43,385 nucleotides of DNA, taken from Acidobacteriota bacterium. GTDB lineage: Bacteria; Acidobacteriota; Thermoanaerobaculia; Gp7-AA8. Where the stretch lies: positions 1 through 43,385 of the forward strand of contig QHVS01000110.1 of the NCBI GenBank assembly GCA_003223635.1, written 5' to 3'. A program made the position numbers and the translations under genes. Below the pieces are notes generated by a model. That model saw only the letters and a list, made by a program, of their open reading frames with translations. It was not told the DNA's origin and ran no database searches. Below, one piece after another: positions 26,561-39,085 of this stretch (position 1 is the first letter of the stretch; every line of letters starts with the position of its first letter).

Positions 26561-28114
26561 TCACTCCCACTCGATGGTGCTGGGCGGTTTCGAGGAGATG
26601 TCGTAGACGACGCGGTTGATGCCGCGCACTTCGTTCACCAGGCGCCGGGCGATGCGATCGAGCAGGTCATGCGGCATGCGGTACCAGTCGGCGGTCATGA
26701 AGTCGGTGGTGGTGACCGCCCGGACGGCGACAACGTTCTCGTACGTCCGTTCGTCACCCATCACGCCAACGCTCCGCACCGGCAGCAGCACGGCGAAGGC
26801 CTGAGCGATGTCTCGATACAGGCCGGCGCGGCGGATCTCGTCGATCACGATGTCGTCGGCGTTCTGCAGAATTTCGACGCGCTCGGCGTTCACCTCGCCG
26901 AGAATGCGCACCGCCAAACCAGGCCCGGGGAACGGATGCCGCCACACGAATTCCTCTTCCAGACCTAGCTCCAGGCCGAGACGCCGCACCTCGTCTTTGA
27001 AAAGCTCCCGCACCGGCTCGATGAGCTTCAGCCCCATCTTCTCCGGCAATCCGCCGACGTTGTGATGGGTCTTGATGACCGACGACGGCCCTTTGATGGA
27101 GACCGATTCAATGACATCGGGATACAGCGTTCCCTGGACCAGAAACTCCGCGTCGCGAATCTTCTTCGCCTCTTCCTCAAAGACGGCGATGAATTCGTTG
27201 CCGATGCGCTTGCGCTTGATCTCGGGATCTTCCACGCCGGCCAGGCGCTCGTAGAAGCGCTGGCGCGCGTCGACAGCGATGATGTGCATGCCCAGCCCCT
27301 CGCTCAGGCGCGAGACGACCTCCATCGCCTCGTTCTTTCGCAGCACGCCGTTGTCGACAAAGATGGCCGTGAGCTGATCGCCGATTGCCTCGGCCACGAG
27401 CAGCGCGGCCACCGACGAGTCGACGCCGCCGCTCACCGCGGCGATCACCTTCTTCTTGCCGACGGTCTTGCGGATCTCCTCCACCTTGCGCTTGCGGTAG
27501 TCGCCCAGGTCCCAGGTCGGCCGGCAGCCGGCGATGTGAAACAGGAAATTGCGCAGGATCTCCGGGCCCGCCTCGGTGTGCGTCACCTCAGGATGGAAGA
27601 GGATCCCGAAGCAGCGCCGCTCGAGGTTCTCGAAGCCTGCGATCGGCGCATTGTCCGAACGGGCGATGACGCGGAAGCCGGGCGGCTCGCGAACGATGCG
27701 ATCGCCGTGGCTGGCCCAGACGCGCTGCCGGGCCGGCGTATTGGCGAAGAGACACGAGTCGCCGAGGATCTCGATCTCCGCGCCGCCGTATTCGCGCTCG
27801 TCTGCGGCTTCCACCTTGCCGTCGAGGAAGTACGCGGTGAGCTGCATCCCATAGCAGATGGCCAGGATGGGAATGCCGAGGTCGAACACTTCGCGCGCGC
27901 AATAAGGGGCTGATTCGGAGTAGACGGATTGCGGCCCGCCGGAGAGCACAATGGCCTTCGGAGCGAACTCCCGGATCTTGTCGATGGGGTAGTCGAACGG
28001 ATGAACGACCGAGTAGACGCGCTGTTCACGAATCCGGCGCGCGATCAGTTGGGTGTATTGCGAGCCGAAATCGAGAACGAGTACCGTATCGGTGCCAGTC
28101 CGCTCAGTCACCAC
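26561..28114 (-). CDS. guaA: GMP synthase (glutamine-hydrolysing)
   Basis: 517 aa. GATase domain (LVLDFGSQYTQLIARRIRE), ATP-PPase motif SGGVDSSVAA, C-terminal PPSTIEWE. Confidence 0.95.
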   Translation of the reverse strand: MVTERTGTDTVLVLDFGSQYTQLIARRIREQRVYSVVHPFDYPIDKIREFAPKAIVLSGGPQSVYSESAPYCAREVFDLGIPILAICYGMQLTAYFLDGKVEAADEREYGGAEIEILGDSCLFANTPARQRVWASHGDRIVREPPGFRVIARSDNAPIAGFENLERRCFGILFHPEVTHTEAGPEILRNFLFHIAGCRPTWDLGDYRKRKVEEIRKTVGKKKVIAAVSGGVDSSVAALLVAEAIGDQLTAIFVDNGVLRKNEAMEVVSRLSEGLGMHIIAVDARQRFYERLAGVEDPEIKRKRIGNEFIAVFEEEAKKIRDAEFLVQGTLYPDVIESVSIKGPSSVIKTHHNVGGLPEKMGLKLIEPVRELFKDEVRRLGLELGLEEEFVWRHPFPGPGLAVRILGEVNAERVEILQNADDIVIDEIRRAGLYRDIAQAFAVLLPVRSVGVMGDERTYENVVAVRAVTTTDFMTADWYRMPHDLLDRIARRLVNEVRGINRVVYDISSKPPSTIEWE

Positions 28115-28785
28115 GGCAGCCCCAGCGCCTTTGTCACGAACCGCACGAGTGGGGTCATCTTCCGGGAGGCGGAGGAGAAGTCGGACATGAAATCGGAACT
28201 GCAGACTTCTTTCTCGGTGAGCGGAACGGAGGTCACAAAATCGGTGCGCTTGAGATCTTCAATCAGAGGGTGGTCCGGCGCAAATCCCTTTGGCGCTCGC
28301 TTCAACGAGCCGCCTTCGATCGGCAACCTGGAGCGTCGAACTTCTTTCCACTCGTCCGGGCGGGCGGCAATCGCGTGGCGGACGCGGGCCAGCGCTGCAG
28401 GATCGGGATGCCAGATCCCGGCGGCAGCGAAACTTTGCTCGGACGAAATGTGCAGATAGACCCCGGGAACGCTCGGTGCCTTCTTCGCGCTCTGGTGAAA
28501 GAAATGGATTCCGATTTGAGTCTTGTACGGCGACTTGTCGCGGGAAAAGCGGGTGTCGCGGTATATGCGAAAAAGTGATCCGCCGGAAGGACGCGCGTCG
28601 GCCACCAGGCGCGGGGCGATCTTCGCCAGCCGTGGTCCGAAGTCGGAAATGAATCGCAGCGCCGGGTCGCGAACGACCCTTTCGTAGAGCTCTTTGTTCG
28701 TGAGGAACCAGTCGCGGTTGTTGTTGTCGCGCAGTTGGCGCAGGAAGGCGAATGTTTCTGAAGTGAAGTAGGAAGATCCCTTCAC
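28108..28785 (-). CDS. DUF2461 (TIGR02453) family protein
   Basis: 225 aa. FAFLRQLRDNNNRDWF...FRIYRDTRFSRDKSPYKT is characteristic of the family. GTG start overlaps the HU stop. 7-nt overlap with guaA. Confidence 0.8.
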   Translation of the reverse strand: MKGSSYFTSETFAFLRQLRDNNNRDWFLTNKELYERVVRDPALRFISDFGPRLAKIAPRLVADARPSGGSLFRIYRDTRFSRDKSPYKTQIGIHFFHQSAKKAPSVPGVYLHISSEQSFAAAGIWHPDPAALARVRHAIAARPDEWKEVRRSRLPIEGGSLKRAPKGFAPDHPLIEDLKRTDFVTSVPLTEKEVCSSDFMSDFSSASRKMTPLVRFVTKALGLPW

Positions 28786-29051
28786 AGCAGATTTCGCAGT
28801 TCCTTACCCGGCTTGAAGCGAATCGTGTTGCCAGGTGGGATCTTCACTTCCACGCCGGTCTTGGGATTGCGTCCGATGCCTTTCTTCCGCTGCTTGACCT
28901 GGAACACGCCGAAGCCGCGCAGCTCAATGCGCTGTCCGCGGGCCAGCGCGTTGCGCAGCCCTTCAATGACCGTGTCCACCGCCTGCGCCGCCTTCACCCT
29001 GGAGATTTCCGACACCTCGGCGACTTTGTTGACGATATCCGCCTTGATCAT
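28782..29051 (-). CDS. HU/IHF family DNA-binding protein
   Basis: 89 aa from MIKADIVNKVAE. RGFGVFQVKQRKKGIGRNPKTGVEVKIPPGNTIRFKPGKEL is the HU/IHF arm signature. The longer ORF to 29207 overlaps the divergent S4 gene. Confidence 0.85.
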   Translation of the reverse strand: MIKADIVNKVAEVSEISRVKAAQAVDTVIEGLRNALARGQRIELRGFGVFQVKQRKKGIGRNPKTGVEVKIPPGNTIRFKPGKELRNLL

Positions 29052-29088
29052 GCACCCTCCGCTGTGGGGGTTTTGATTATAGCCGCTC

Positions 29089-29445
29089 ATGAGCGAACGC
29101 CATCGAATCGACGCCTGGCTCAAGCTGGTCTGCCTGTACAAGCATCGCAACCAGGCGACGGAAGCGTGCCGGGGCGGCCACGTGAAGATCAATGGAGTGC
29201 GGGTCAAGCCCGCAGCGGCGGTCCGGCAGGGCGATGTGATCGAGTTCCTGGCCGCTGATGTCTACCGCCGGGTAGTCGTGCAGGGTCTGCCGGAAACGCA
29301 GACGTCGAAGGAACTGGCGCGGACCATGTATCTCGACGAAACGCCGAAGCAGGAGCGCGTCATCATGCCCCCCCGCCTGCGCGAGCGGGGCAGCGGCCGT
29401 CCCACGAAGCGCGATCGGCGAGAGATCGATCGATTGAAGCGGTGA
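29089..29445 (+). CDS. S4-domain RNA-binding protein, Hsp15 (HslR)-like
   Basis: 118 aa. RIDAWLKLVCLYKHRNQATEACRGGHVKINGVRVKPA matches the S4/Hsp15 fold pattern. Basic C-terminal tail. Confidence 0.75.
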   Translation: MSERHRIDAWLKLVCLYKHRNQATEACRGGHVKINGVRVKPAAAVRQGDVIEFLAADVYRRVVVQGLPETQTSKELARTMYLDETPKQERVIMPPRLRERGSGRPTKRDRREIDRLKR

Positions 29446-29453
29446 GCGAGTTG

Positions 29454-29477
29454 AAGGCGGCGGCTTGCCGCCGCTTT
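29454..29477. terminator. GC hairpin between convergent hslR-like and rodA genes
   Basis: AAGGCGGCGG-CTTG-CCGCCGCTTT forms a 10-bp stem including one GU pair. It is flanked by the direct repeat TTGAAGG (29451-29457 and 29476-29482). There is no proper U-tract on either strand. Confidence 0.35.
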
Positions 29478-29503
29478 GAAGGCACCGAACTCCAAAAGCG
29501 CAA

Positions 29504-30601
29504 TTAGGCGTTCACGAACCGCCGCATGTCCACGTTGGCCATCAACCCGATGGCGATCAGGAACATCATCGTCGACGAGCCACCGTAGGAAATCAGCGGC
29601 AGTGGAATCCCGGTCGTGGGCAGGACGCCGATCTGCATCGACACGTTGATCAGCACGTGGAAGATGAAGAACGAGATGAGCGAGATCACCAGGAACGCGC
29701 CGCCGCGATCGCGCGCGTTCTTGGCGAACTGCAGCGCCTGCACGATCAGGAAGAGATAGAGCGCCAGCACGATGGCCACGCCGATGAATCCCCACTCTTC
29801 ACCCAGGACGGCGAAGATGAAATCGGTATGCCGCGCAGGAAGAAACTCCAGCTTGGCCTGCGTCCCCTGTTTGAAGCCCTTGCCGTGAATTCCGCCGGAG
29901 CCGATGGCGATCTTGGCTTGGGTCACCTGATAGCCCTTGCCCAGCGGATCGCGATCCGGATTGAGAAAGGTGACGATGCGGTCCTTCTGGTACGGCTTGA
30001 GGAAGAACGCCCATCCTGCGCCGGCCAGCAGGGCCACAATCAACGCCGTCACCACCCAAACGCGCCAGCGGATCCCACCGAAGAACATGGCCACCGCCAC
30101 CAGCGGAAAGAATGTGGCTGCTGTGCCGAAATCCGGCTGGACAATGATCAGCGCGACCGGAATGCCGATGATCAGCATCACCCGGAGGAATGACTTCAGA
30201 TCGAGGTAGGCGCGGTCGTACGTATCGAAAAACTTCGCCAGCATCAGCGCGGTGAAGATCTTCATGAACTCGGACGGCTGGAACTGAAACGTTCCGATGT
30301 GGATCCATGACTTCACGTTCGCGGTCACCTTGCCCCACACCAGGAGGTACACGAGCAGGGCGACGCCGATGCCGTAGAGGATCGGAGCGACGTCGAAGAA
30401 AACGTGGTAGTCGACGAAGAGGAAGAACATCGCCAGCGTGATCCCGATGCCGACCCACAGCACTTGCTTGCGGAGCGTCTGCAAACCGGGGTCGCTGAAG
30501 TACGTGGCGCTGTAGATCAGCATGCAGCCGATCGCGGCGATGACCAGCGCGGTGCCGAGAAAGTTCAGATCGAGCGTGGAAAATGATCGTTCGCGGATCA
30601 T
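29504..30601 (-). CDS. rodA: SEDS peptidoglycan glycosyltransferase RodA
   Basis: 365 aa from MIRERSFSTLDLNFLG. The ATG shares one base with the mrdA stop (TGATG). SEDS motifs (FQPSEFMKI, ARHTDFIFAVLGEEWGF, PLPLISYGGSS). Confidence 0.9.
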   Translation of the reverse strand: MIRERSFSTLDLNFLGTALVIAAIGCMLIYSATYFSDPGLQTLRKQVLWVGIGITLAMFFLFVDYHVFFDVAPILYGIGVALLVYLLVWGKVTANVKSWIHIGTFQFQPSEFMKIFTALMLAKFFDTYDRAYLDLKSFLRVMLIIGIPVALIIVQPDFGTAATFFPLVAVAMFFGGIRWRVWVVTALIVALLAGAGWAFFLKPYQKDRIVTFLNPDRDPLGKGYQVTQAKIAIGSGGIHGKGFKQGTQAKLEFLPARHTDFIFAVLGEEWGFIGVAIVLALYLFLIVQALQFAKNARDRGGAFLVISLISFFIFHVLINVSMQIGVLPTTGIPLPLISYGGSSTMMFLIAIGLMANVDMRRFVNA

Positions 30602-32577
30602 CAATGTCCGAGGCCCGAGTCTGGGATGGCCGGCGGCTTGGTTGTTTGACCGGGGACGGGGAGCTTTCCTTCCTTGATCATCTCCAGCGTTGCGGGATTC
30701 GTGAGATCGAGGCGCGCCGTTTCGATCTGATTGCGGAAGCGCGACTCGTACAGAAGCTTCGCCAACGGCGCGGAATCGGTTCCGCCGTGCGCCCCTGCGT
30801 GTTCGACGAAGACGACGACCACCATCTGCGGATTGTCCTTCGGCGCATAGGAGGCGAACCACGCGTGGTCGCGCTCCATGAAGGGCAGGCCCGCAGTGCT
30901 GAACCAGCCGCTCTGCGCGATCACCTGCACGGTGCCGGTTTTCCCGGAGATATCCAGCCCGGCAACCCGCGCATTTCCGCCCGTTCCTCCCTCTTCATTG
31001 ACGACCTTCCACAGACCGAGCTTCACGGTCTGCAGTGCGGCGGGAGGCAACGTGACTTTGTGCAGCACTTCGCTGGCCACTTGCAGCTTCTGCACTCTGC
31101 CGTCGGGCGAGTTCTTCTCGATCATGCGCACAACGTGGGGACGATAGACCGTTCCGCCGTTGGCGATGGCCGCCATCATGTTGGCCACCTGGAGCGGCGT
31201 GACAATGAGCGGCCCCTGGCCGACGGAAACGGAAATCGTTTCAGAGGGGTACCACTTGCGGTGCTGTTTCGTAGCCGCCCACTGCGTGGAGGGAACGAGG
31301 CCTGCTTTTTCGCCGTCGAGATCGATCTTCGAAATTTCGCCGAACGTCAGGTTGTGCGCATATTCTGCGATTTTGTCGATGCCGAGGCGCGCTCCAGTGT
31401 TGTAGAAAAAGATGTCGCAGGAGACCTTCAGCGCGTTGGCCACAGCGACCGGTCCGTGGCCCTGTTTTCTCCAGCAACGGAAGCGGCGTCCGAAGAACAC
31501 TGCGCTGCCACCACAATCGAACGTCGTTCCCGGCCCGAGGGCGCCATCTGCCAGACCGGCCATGGCCATCACCGTCTTGAACACGGACCCCGGCGAGTAG
31601 AGGCCCTGGATGGCGCGGTTCAATTCGACCTTGAATGGATTCGAGGAGATCTGCTTCCACGTTTCCGGCGTGAATCGTCTGGTGTAAACGTTCGGATTGA
31701 ACTCAGGCGAGGAGACCATGGCCAGAACTTCACCGTTGCGCGGATCGAGGGCCACAGCGGCGCCGACAAATTCGTTTTCCACGAAGTACTGCTCGGCGCG
31801 GCGCTGCAGCTCGAAGTCGAGGGTCAGATAGACGTTGTCGCCAGCGACGGGAGCCTGCCGCGCCGTAACCACTTCCGCCAGGCGCCTGCCGTGGCTGTCG
31901 TACTCCCAGAACTGCGCGCCGTCTCGGCCGCGGAGATATTCGTCGTACATCAACTCCACGCCGCGTTTGCCGATCAGATCGCCCTGCTTCAGCTCTTTGT
32001 GCTGTCCGAGGTCCTTCTCCGAGACTTCGCCGATGAATCCGATCACGTGCGCGGACATGGTGCCGTACGGGTAGCTGCGCCGCTGCACCGGCTCGACGTT
32101 GAGCTCAGGAAACGAAAGCGACTGAGCCTGAATCGATGCTACCTGCGGCATGCTGAGGTCTTCGGCAACTGGAATCGGGCGGGCGAAAGGGACGAGCTTC
32201 CCTTTCGCGAATCGTGCCTCGATGTCCTGCGGCCCGATGCCCAACACCACGGAAAGGAAGTCGATGAGCTTGGCCCGATGCGTCGGATCGGCTTTGACGA
32301 TCGGCCGCATGACGACGCGATCGAGAGTGAGCGAGTACGCAGGTTGGTTGTCGGCCAGGATGTTCTGACCGGTGCGGTCGAGAATCAAACCGCGTTTTGC
32401 GGGCATCGTGACCGGACGCAGGGCGTTCGCATCCGAGAGGTAGCGGTATTTCTCCGCCTGCACTCCCTGAACGAACCAGAACGAGCCGGCTAGAAAGACG
32501 AAGACGCCGACGATGGCCCACAACAGGGCGTTGATGCGGAAGGTGAGGAACTTTTGATCGTCTCGATATACGCGCAT
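30601..32577 (-). CDS. mrdA: penicillin-binding protein 2 (elongasome transpeptidase)
   Basis: 658 aa from MRVYRDDQKFLTFRIN. Motifs SVFK (SPGSVFKTV), SCD and KTGT (GKTGTVQV). Lies between mreD and rodA. Confidence 0.9.
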   Translation of the reverse strand: MRVYRDDQKFLTFRINALLWAIVGVFVFLAGSFWFVQGVQAEKYRYLSDANALRPVTMPAKRGLILDRTGQNILADNQPAYSLTLDRVVMRPIVKADPTHRAKLIDFLSVVLGIGPQDIEARFAKGKLVPFARPIPVAEDLSMPQVASIQAQSLSFPELNVEPVQRRSYPYGTMSAHVIGFIGEVSEKDLGQHKELKQGDLIGKRGVELMYDEYLRGRDGAQFWEYDSHGRRLAEVVTARQAPVAGDNVYLTLDFELQRRAEQYFVENEFVGAAVALDPRNGEVLAMVSSPEFNPNVYTRRFTPETWKQISSNPFKVELNRAIQGLYSPGSVFKTVMAMAGLADGALGPGTTFDCGGSAVFFGRRFRCWRKQGHGPVAVANALKVSCDIFFYNTGARLGIDKIAEYAHNLTFGEISKIDLDGEKAGLVPSTQWAATKQHRKWYPSETISVSVGQGPLIVTPLQVANMMAAIANGGTVYRPHVVRMIEKNSPDGRVQKLQVASEVLHKVTLPPAALQTVKLGLWKVVNEEGGTGGNARVAGLDISGKTGTVQVIAQSGWFSTAGLPFMERDHAWFASYAPKDNPQMVVVVFVEHAGAHGGTDSAPLAKLLYESRFRNQIETARLDLTNPATLEMIKEGKLPVPGQTTKPPAIPDSGLGH

Positions 32578-32596
32578 ATGAGTTGGCGGTTCGCAG

Positions 32597-33103
32597 TTAC
32601 CACGCTGTCTGCCTACGCGTGGCGTCAATGGGCTCTTCTCGAAGGAAGAGGGTCAACAACTGATAGACAAGCATTCCGAAGAGGCAGGTGAATATCGTCT
32701 TCACGACCATTCCCTGCTCGAACATTTCAATTCGCTGCTTCAGCAGAATATTCACCAGGACGAAGATGACGAGCTCGTTGATGATCACCGCACCGATGAG
32801 GCAGGCTCCGAATGCCAGCGTGCCGCGGAGTACCAGCCGCGAGTTGACATAAGCCACGGCGTAGGCACAGACGGTCAGGGAGAAGGCGTGCAAGCCGAAG
32901 ATGGCGCCGGAGTACGCGTCCTGCACGAGTCCCGCGGCGATGCCGGCGAAGATCGCTCCGACCAGATTCCCTCCCATCGAGTAGTAGACGATCAGGATCA
33001 CGTAAGGATTGAAGAAGGCCAGCGCGTTGGGAAAGAAACTGTCCAGCAGCGAGTGCAGCGTCAATGCGATGAGAAGGCCGATGAGGAAGCGAAGCCACCT
33101 CAA
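32597..33103 (-). CDS. mreD: rod shape-determining protein MreD
   Basis: 168 aa small polytopic protein directly after mreC, with a 4-nt overlap. Confidence 0.75.
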   Translation of the reverse strand: MRWLRFLIGLLIALTLHSLLDSFFPNALAFFNPYVILIVYYSMGGNLVGAIFAGIAAGLVQDAYSGAIFGLHAFSLTVCAYAVAYVNSRLVLRGTLAFGACLIGAVIINELVIFVLVNILLKQRIEMFEQGMVVKTIFTCLFGMLVYQLLTLFLREEPIDATRRQTAW

Positions 33104-33960
33104 GGCGTGTACCTCACCACTTCGCCCGGGATCTTGCGCGTGTGCAGGATGATCACTTCTTCGATGCCGCTGAAGTCGACGCTTGGCCGCACCGCGATGT
33201 TCTTGAAGAGCTCCTGTCCCTTCTCCGCCTTGACGATCGTGCCGACGGGGATTCCTTTCGGATAGATGCCGTCGATTCCCGCCGTTTGAACGTTGTCGCC
33301 GGGCTGCACGTCGGCCAGCGACGGAATGTCCAGGAGCTGCGCGCCGGCGCCGCCATCGCCGCGCAGCACGCCTTGCCGGCGAGTCCGCTCGATCAGCACG
33401 CCGACCGCTGCGTTGCTGTCGGTGATCAGCTGGACCTTGGACAGATCTTTGGTGGTCAGGATCACACGGCCAATCAGTCCACTGGCGTTGGCCACGGCGT
33501 CATTGACCTGGATGCCTGCGCTGGAGCCACGATCGATGATGATCGACTTGAAACGGCTGGACGTGTCGAGCATCACCGCCTGAGCCATGGTCGTGGGCAT
33601 GGTGAACTGTTCGGAGTACCCGAGCAGACCGCGCAGACGTTTCAGGTCTCCTTCCGACTGGCGCAGCTTCAGGTTCTCCGTGGTGAGCTGAATGACCTTC
33701 TGATGGAGTTGAACGTTCTCGTCCACCGAGTGCCGCATGTCCAGATAGCCGTGGTACATGTCGGAGGCGCTCTGACCGATCCAGTTGACCGCTCTCGGCA
33801 CGGGCGAAAAGATGGTCATCACCGTCCGCTCGAACATCGTGCGGGTCTCGCCGAGATACCGCGTCCGGCTGCTGAGACTCATCAGGATGAACAGCAGCGA
33901 GAGGACAACGATGAACAGGAGCGTCGGTCTGCGGGGGATTACGTCTACGGGTACTGCCAT
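33100..33960 (-). CDS. mreC: rod shape-determining protein MreC
   Basis: 286 aa. N-terminal TM, coiled-coil (ENVQLHQKVIQLTTENLKLRQ) and beta-barrel region with GIDGIYPKGIPVG. Confidence 0.85.
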   Translation of the reverse strand: MAVPVDVIPRRPTLLFIVVLSLLFILMSLSSRTRYLGETRTMFERTVMTIFSPVPRAVNWIGQSASDMYHGYLDMRHSVDENVQLHQKVIQLTTENLKLRQSEGDLKRLRGLLGYSEQFTMPTTMAQAVMLDTSSRFKSIIIDRGSSAGIQVNDAVANASGLIGRVILTTKDLSKVQLITDSNAAVGVLIERTRRQGVLRGDGGAGAQLLDIPSLADVQPGDNVQTAGIDGIYPKGIPVGTIVKAEKGQELFKNIAVRPSVDFSGIEEVIILHTRKIPGEVVRYTP

Positions 33961-33997
33961 GGTTCGCGAACTGCTCTGAGCAGAATTCAGGCCATTG

Positions 33998-36585
<2,588 letters not shown>

Positions 36586-36740
36586 CGGACGAGGCTCGAA
36601 TCTTTATAACACAGGGATTGGCCGCGTTTGCCGAGGGGCCGGGGAATAGGTAGACTGTCGCGTTTTTTACGGGTAGTCGCGATCGCCCCGGTCCCGCCAG
36701 AGCGCGGTCGCTCCAAACATTCGAACGAGGTTCATTCCCG

Positions 36741-38693
36741 ATGCTCAAGTTGATGCGCGACAGTTTTCAGCAACTGAAGTGGATCCTTGTCGCCATTGTG
36801 GCGATTTTCATCCTCTTCATCTTCGTGGATTGGGGCGCCGGCGGCGCCCGCAGCAACCGTGATCAGGAGCGCTCCTACGCGGCGCGCGTGAACGGAGAGA
36901 CGATCTCCTTTCGCGAATACGATCGCGCGCTGTATTACACCGAAAAGAACTACGAGCAGATCTACCGCCAGCCGATCACGCCAGAGCTGGCTGCAGCGAT
37001 GGGTTTGACTCGCCAGGTGCTCGACTCGCTCGTCGATCAGCGCCTGATGCTCCAACAGGCGCAACGCCTCCATCTCAGCGCAACGCCGGAGGAAGTGCGC
37101 AGAAAGATCCTGCAGATCCCCACCCTCAATCCTGAGGGGAAGTTTGTGGGCGACGAACTCTATGCCCGCTACGTCACCGGCGGCCTCGGATATCAATCGC
37201 CGGCCGAATTCGAGGACGAGTTGAGCCGCGATATCACACTCCAGAAGATGGAGAGCGCGCTGTCGAACTCCATCGTGATCTCTCCAAAGCTGGCGGACGC
37301 CGAGTATCGCCGGGTCACCGAGAACGCCAAGATTCGCTACGTGCTCTATCCAGCCAGCCGCGAGGCAGCGACGATCAGCATCTCGCCGGCTGAGGTCGAC
37401 CAGTACTACAAGGCCAACCAGGCGAAGTATGCGCACGGCGAGCAGCGGGAAGTGAAGTATCTGCTTGCCGACCTGGCCGTCATTCGATCGCAGATCAATC
37501 CATCGGATAGCGAGCTGCGGAAACGCTACGAAGCGTCGAAGGAAGACTACAAGCGTCCGGCGGCCGCGCACATCCTTCATCTCCTGATCAAAGTCGATCC
37601 GACCGCGTCGCCGGAGCAGGATGGAGCGGCCAGCACGAAGGCGGCAGCCATCGTCAAGCAGCTTCGCGCCGGAGCCGACTTCGCCAAGCTGGCGCGGGAG
37701 AATTCGGGCGACCCGTCGTCATCGAGCAAGGGCGGGGACATGGGGTTCGTCGACCAGGGAAGCACCGTCGAACCGTTCGACCAGGCCGCATTCTCCATTC
37801 CTCTGAATACGATCAGCGATCCGATCCGCACCAAGGAATTCGGCTATCACATCATCAAAGTCCTGGAGCGCCGTCCGGCGGGATACCGATCGTATGAAGA
37901 AGTGAGGCCGTCGCTGGCCGCGGCGATCGCCACACAGACAGCGAAGGATCAGGCTCGCGATGAGATCACTCGCGTCGCCGCGCAACTGAAGCAGCGGAAG
38001 CCGAAGACGCCGCAGGAATTCAGCGCGCTGGCGTCGGGGAAGGTCACCTCCAACGACACGCAGTGGTTCGCCAAAAACGATGCGGTTCCCGGACTGGGAA
38101 ACAACCCGGCACTCAGCACCTGGGCGTTCAGCGCGAAGCAGGACGATGTCGGCGACATCATCGGAACCCAGCGGGGTCAGGCCATTCCGTATCTGTACGG
38201 GGTCCGGCCCGCGGGCGTGACCGATCTGAGCGAGATCCGCGCTCGCGTGGAGAACGACGCTCGAATGGCGAAGGCGCGCGAGTTGGCCCGTCAGGCGCTG
38301 GCGAAAGCGCTTCCTGCCCCGAGCATCGACGCGGTGGCATCGAAAGTTCGACTGACTCCGGCGGAAACGACGATCACGCGGCAGGGTTTCGTTTCCGGGC
38401 TGACCGGAGACCTGACGCCGCTCATCGATGCCGCAATGTCGGCGAACGTGGGCGACATCAGGGGACCGATCCCCGTGGGGGATGGCGCCATGGTTTTCCA
38501 GGTCACCGCGCAGAACAAAGTCGATCCGAAGACGGCCGCTGAGAATCGAGTCAGCTATGCCGAGATGCTGCGCCAGCAGGAAACGCGAAATCTTCGCGCG
38601 GTGCTTTTGCAACGGCTGCGCAAAGAGTCGAGCATCGACGTCAACGCGAAGCTCCTCCAGCAGCAGAAGAACACTGGCCAGGCCGGATCGTAG
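36741..38693 (+). CDS. ppiD: periplasmic chaperone / parvulin-type PPIase PpiD
   Basis: 650 aa. N-terminal MLKLMRDSFQQLKWILVAIVAIFILFIF anchor, SurA-N-like region and parvulin core (GGDMGFV...FGYHIIKV). Confidence 0.8.
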   Translation: MLKLMRDSFQQLKWILVAIVAIFILFIFVDWGAGGARSNRDQERSYAARVNGETISFREYDRALYYTEKNYEQIYRQPITPELAAAMGLTRQVLDSLVDQRLMLQQAQRLHLSATPEEVRRKILQIPTLNPEGKFVGDELYARYVTGGLGYQSPAEFEDELSRDITLQKMESALSNSIVISPKLADAEYRRVTENAKIRYVLYPASREAATISISPAEVDQYYKANQAKYAHGEQREVKYLLADLAVIRSQINPSDSELRKRYEASKEDYKRPAAAHILHLLIKVDPTASPEQDGAASTKAAAIVKQLRAGADFAKLARENSGDPSSSSKGGDMGFVDQGSTVEPFDQAAFSIPLNTISDPIRTKEFGYHIIKVLERRPAGYRSYEEVRPSLAAAIATQTAKDQARDEITRVAAQLKQRKPKTPQEFSALASGKVTSNDTQWFAKNDAVPGLGNNPALSTWAFSAKQDDVGDIIGTQRGQAIPYLYGVRPAGVTDLSEIRARVENDARMAKARELARQALAKALPAPSIDAVASKVRLTPAETTITRQGFVSGLTGDLTPLIDAAMSANVGDIRGPIPVGDGAMVFQVTAQNKVDPKTAAENRVSYAEMLRQQETRNLRAVLLQRLRKESSIDVNAKLLQQQKNTGQAGS

Positions 38694-39085
38694 TGACCGC
38701 CATCCTGCCGAAGTGGGGTGAGCCTGCGATCCGCGTGCTGATGATGCCGCGCGATACCAATGCGCAGGGAACGATCTTCGGCGGCGTGATTCTTTCCTAC
38801 ATCGACCAGGCCGGGGCGATCGAGGCGCGCCGCCAAGGCGCCAACATCATGCTCACCGTAGCCATGGACAAGATCACGTTCCATCAGCCCGTGTTCGTCG
38901 GCGATCTGGTCAGCTTCTGGACCGAGACGATTCGCATCGGCAACACCTCGATCACCGTGAAGGTCGTGGTCGATGTGTTCCGCGGCAATGGTTCCGCGCA
39001 GAAACTGCTGGTCACCGAAGCGCAGGTGGTCTACGTGAACGTGGGTGAAGACCGGAAACCCGCGCCCATCCGGCGAGCGGGCTAA
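38693..39085 (+). CDS. hotdog-fold acyl-CoA thioesterase (YciA-like)
   Basis: 130 aa. MMPRDTNAQGTIFGGVILSYIDQAG motif. GTG start shares one base with the ppiD stop (TAGTG). Confidence 0.8.
   Translation: MTAILPKWGEPAIRVLMMPRDTNAQGTIFGGVILSYIDQAGAIEARRQGANIMLTVAMDKITFHQPVFVGDLVSFWTETIRIGNTSITVKVVVDVFRGNGSAQKLLVTEAQVVYVNVGEDRKPAPIRRAG

Noticed and set aside
24748-29051. A defence island or mobile accessory island on the minus-strand block after ftsZ.
   Set aside because: The genes are HU, DUF2461, guaA and two membrane proteins. I saw no nuclease, ATPase, methyltransferase, integrase or toxin-like signatures and no flanking repeats.
30583-32493. 636-aa + strand ORF, together with similar long ORFs at 41544..43334 (-), 4960..6147 (+), 17703..18806 (+), 22077..23402 (+), 16291..17568 (-), 9825..10874 (-), 10887..12038 (-) and 24725..25609 (-).
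   Set aside because: All lie antisense to, or out of frame within, strongly supported conserved genes. Their translations are the Arg/Ala/Gly/Pro-rich, low-complexity type expected of shadow ORFs in GC-rich DNA.
33961-33997. Small imperfect palindrome GAACTGCTCTGAGCAGAATTC between mreB and mreC.
   Set aside because: It has only a 5-bp core stem plus 3 bp across a bulge, which is within what chance gives in a 37-nt spacer.
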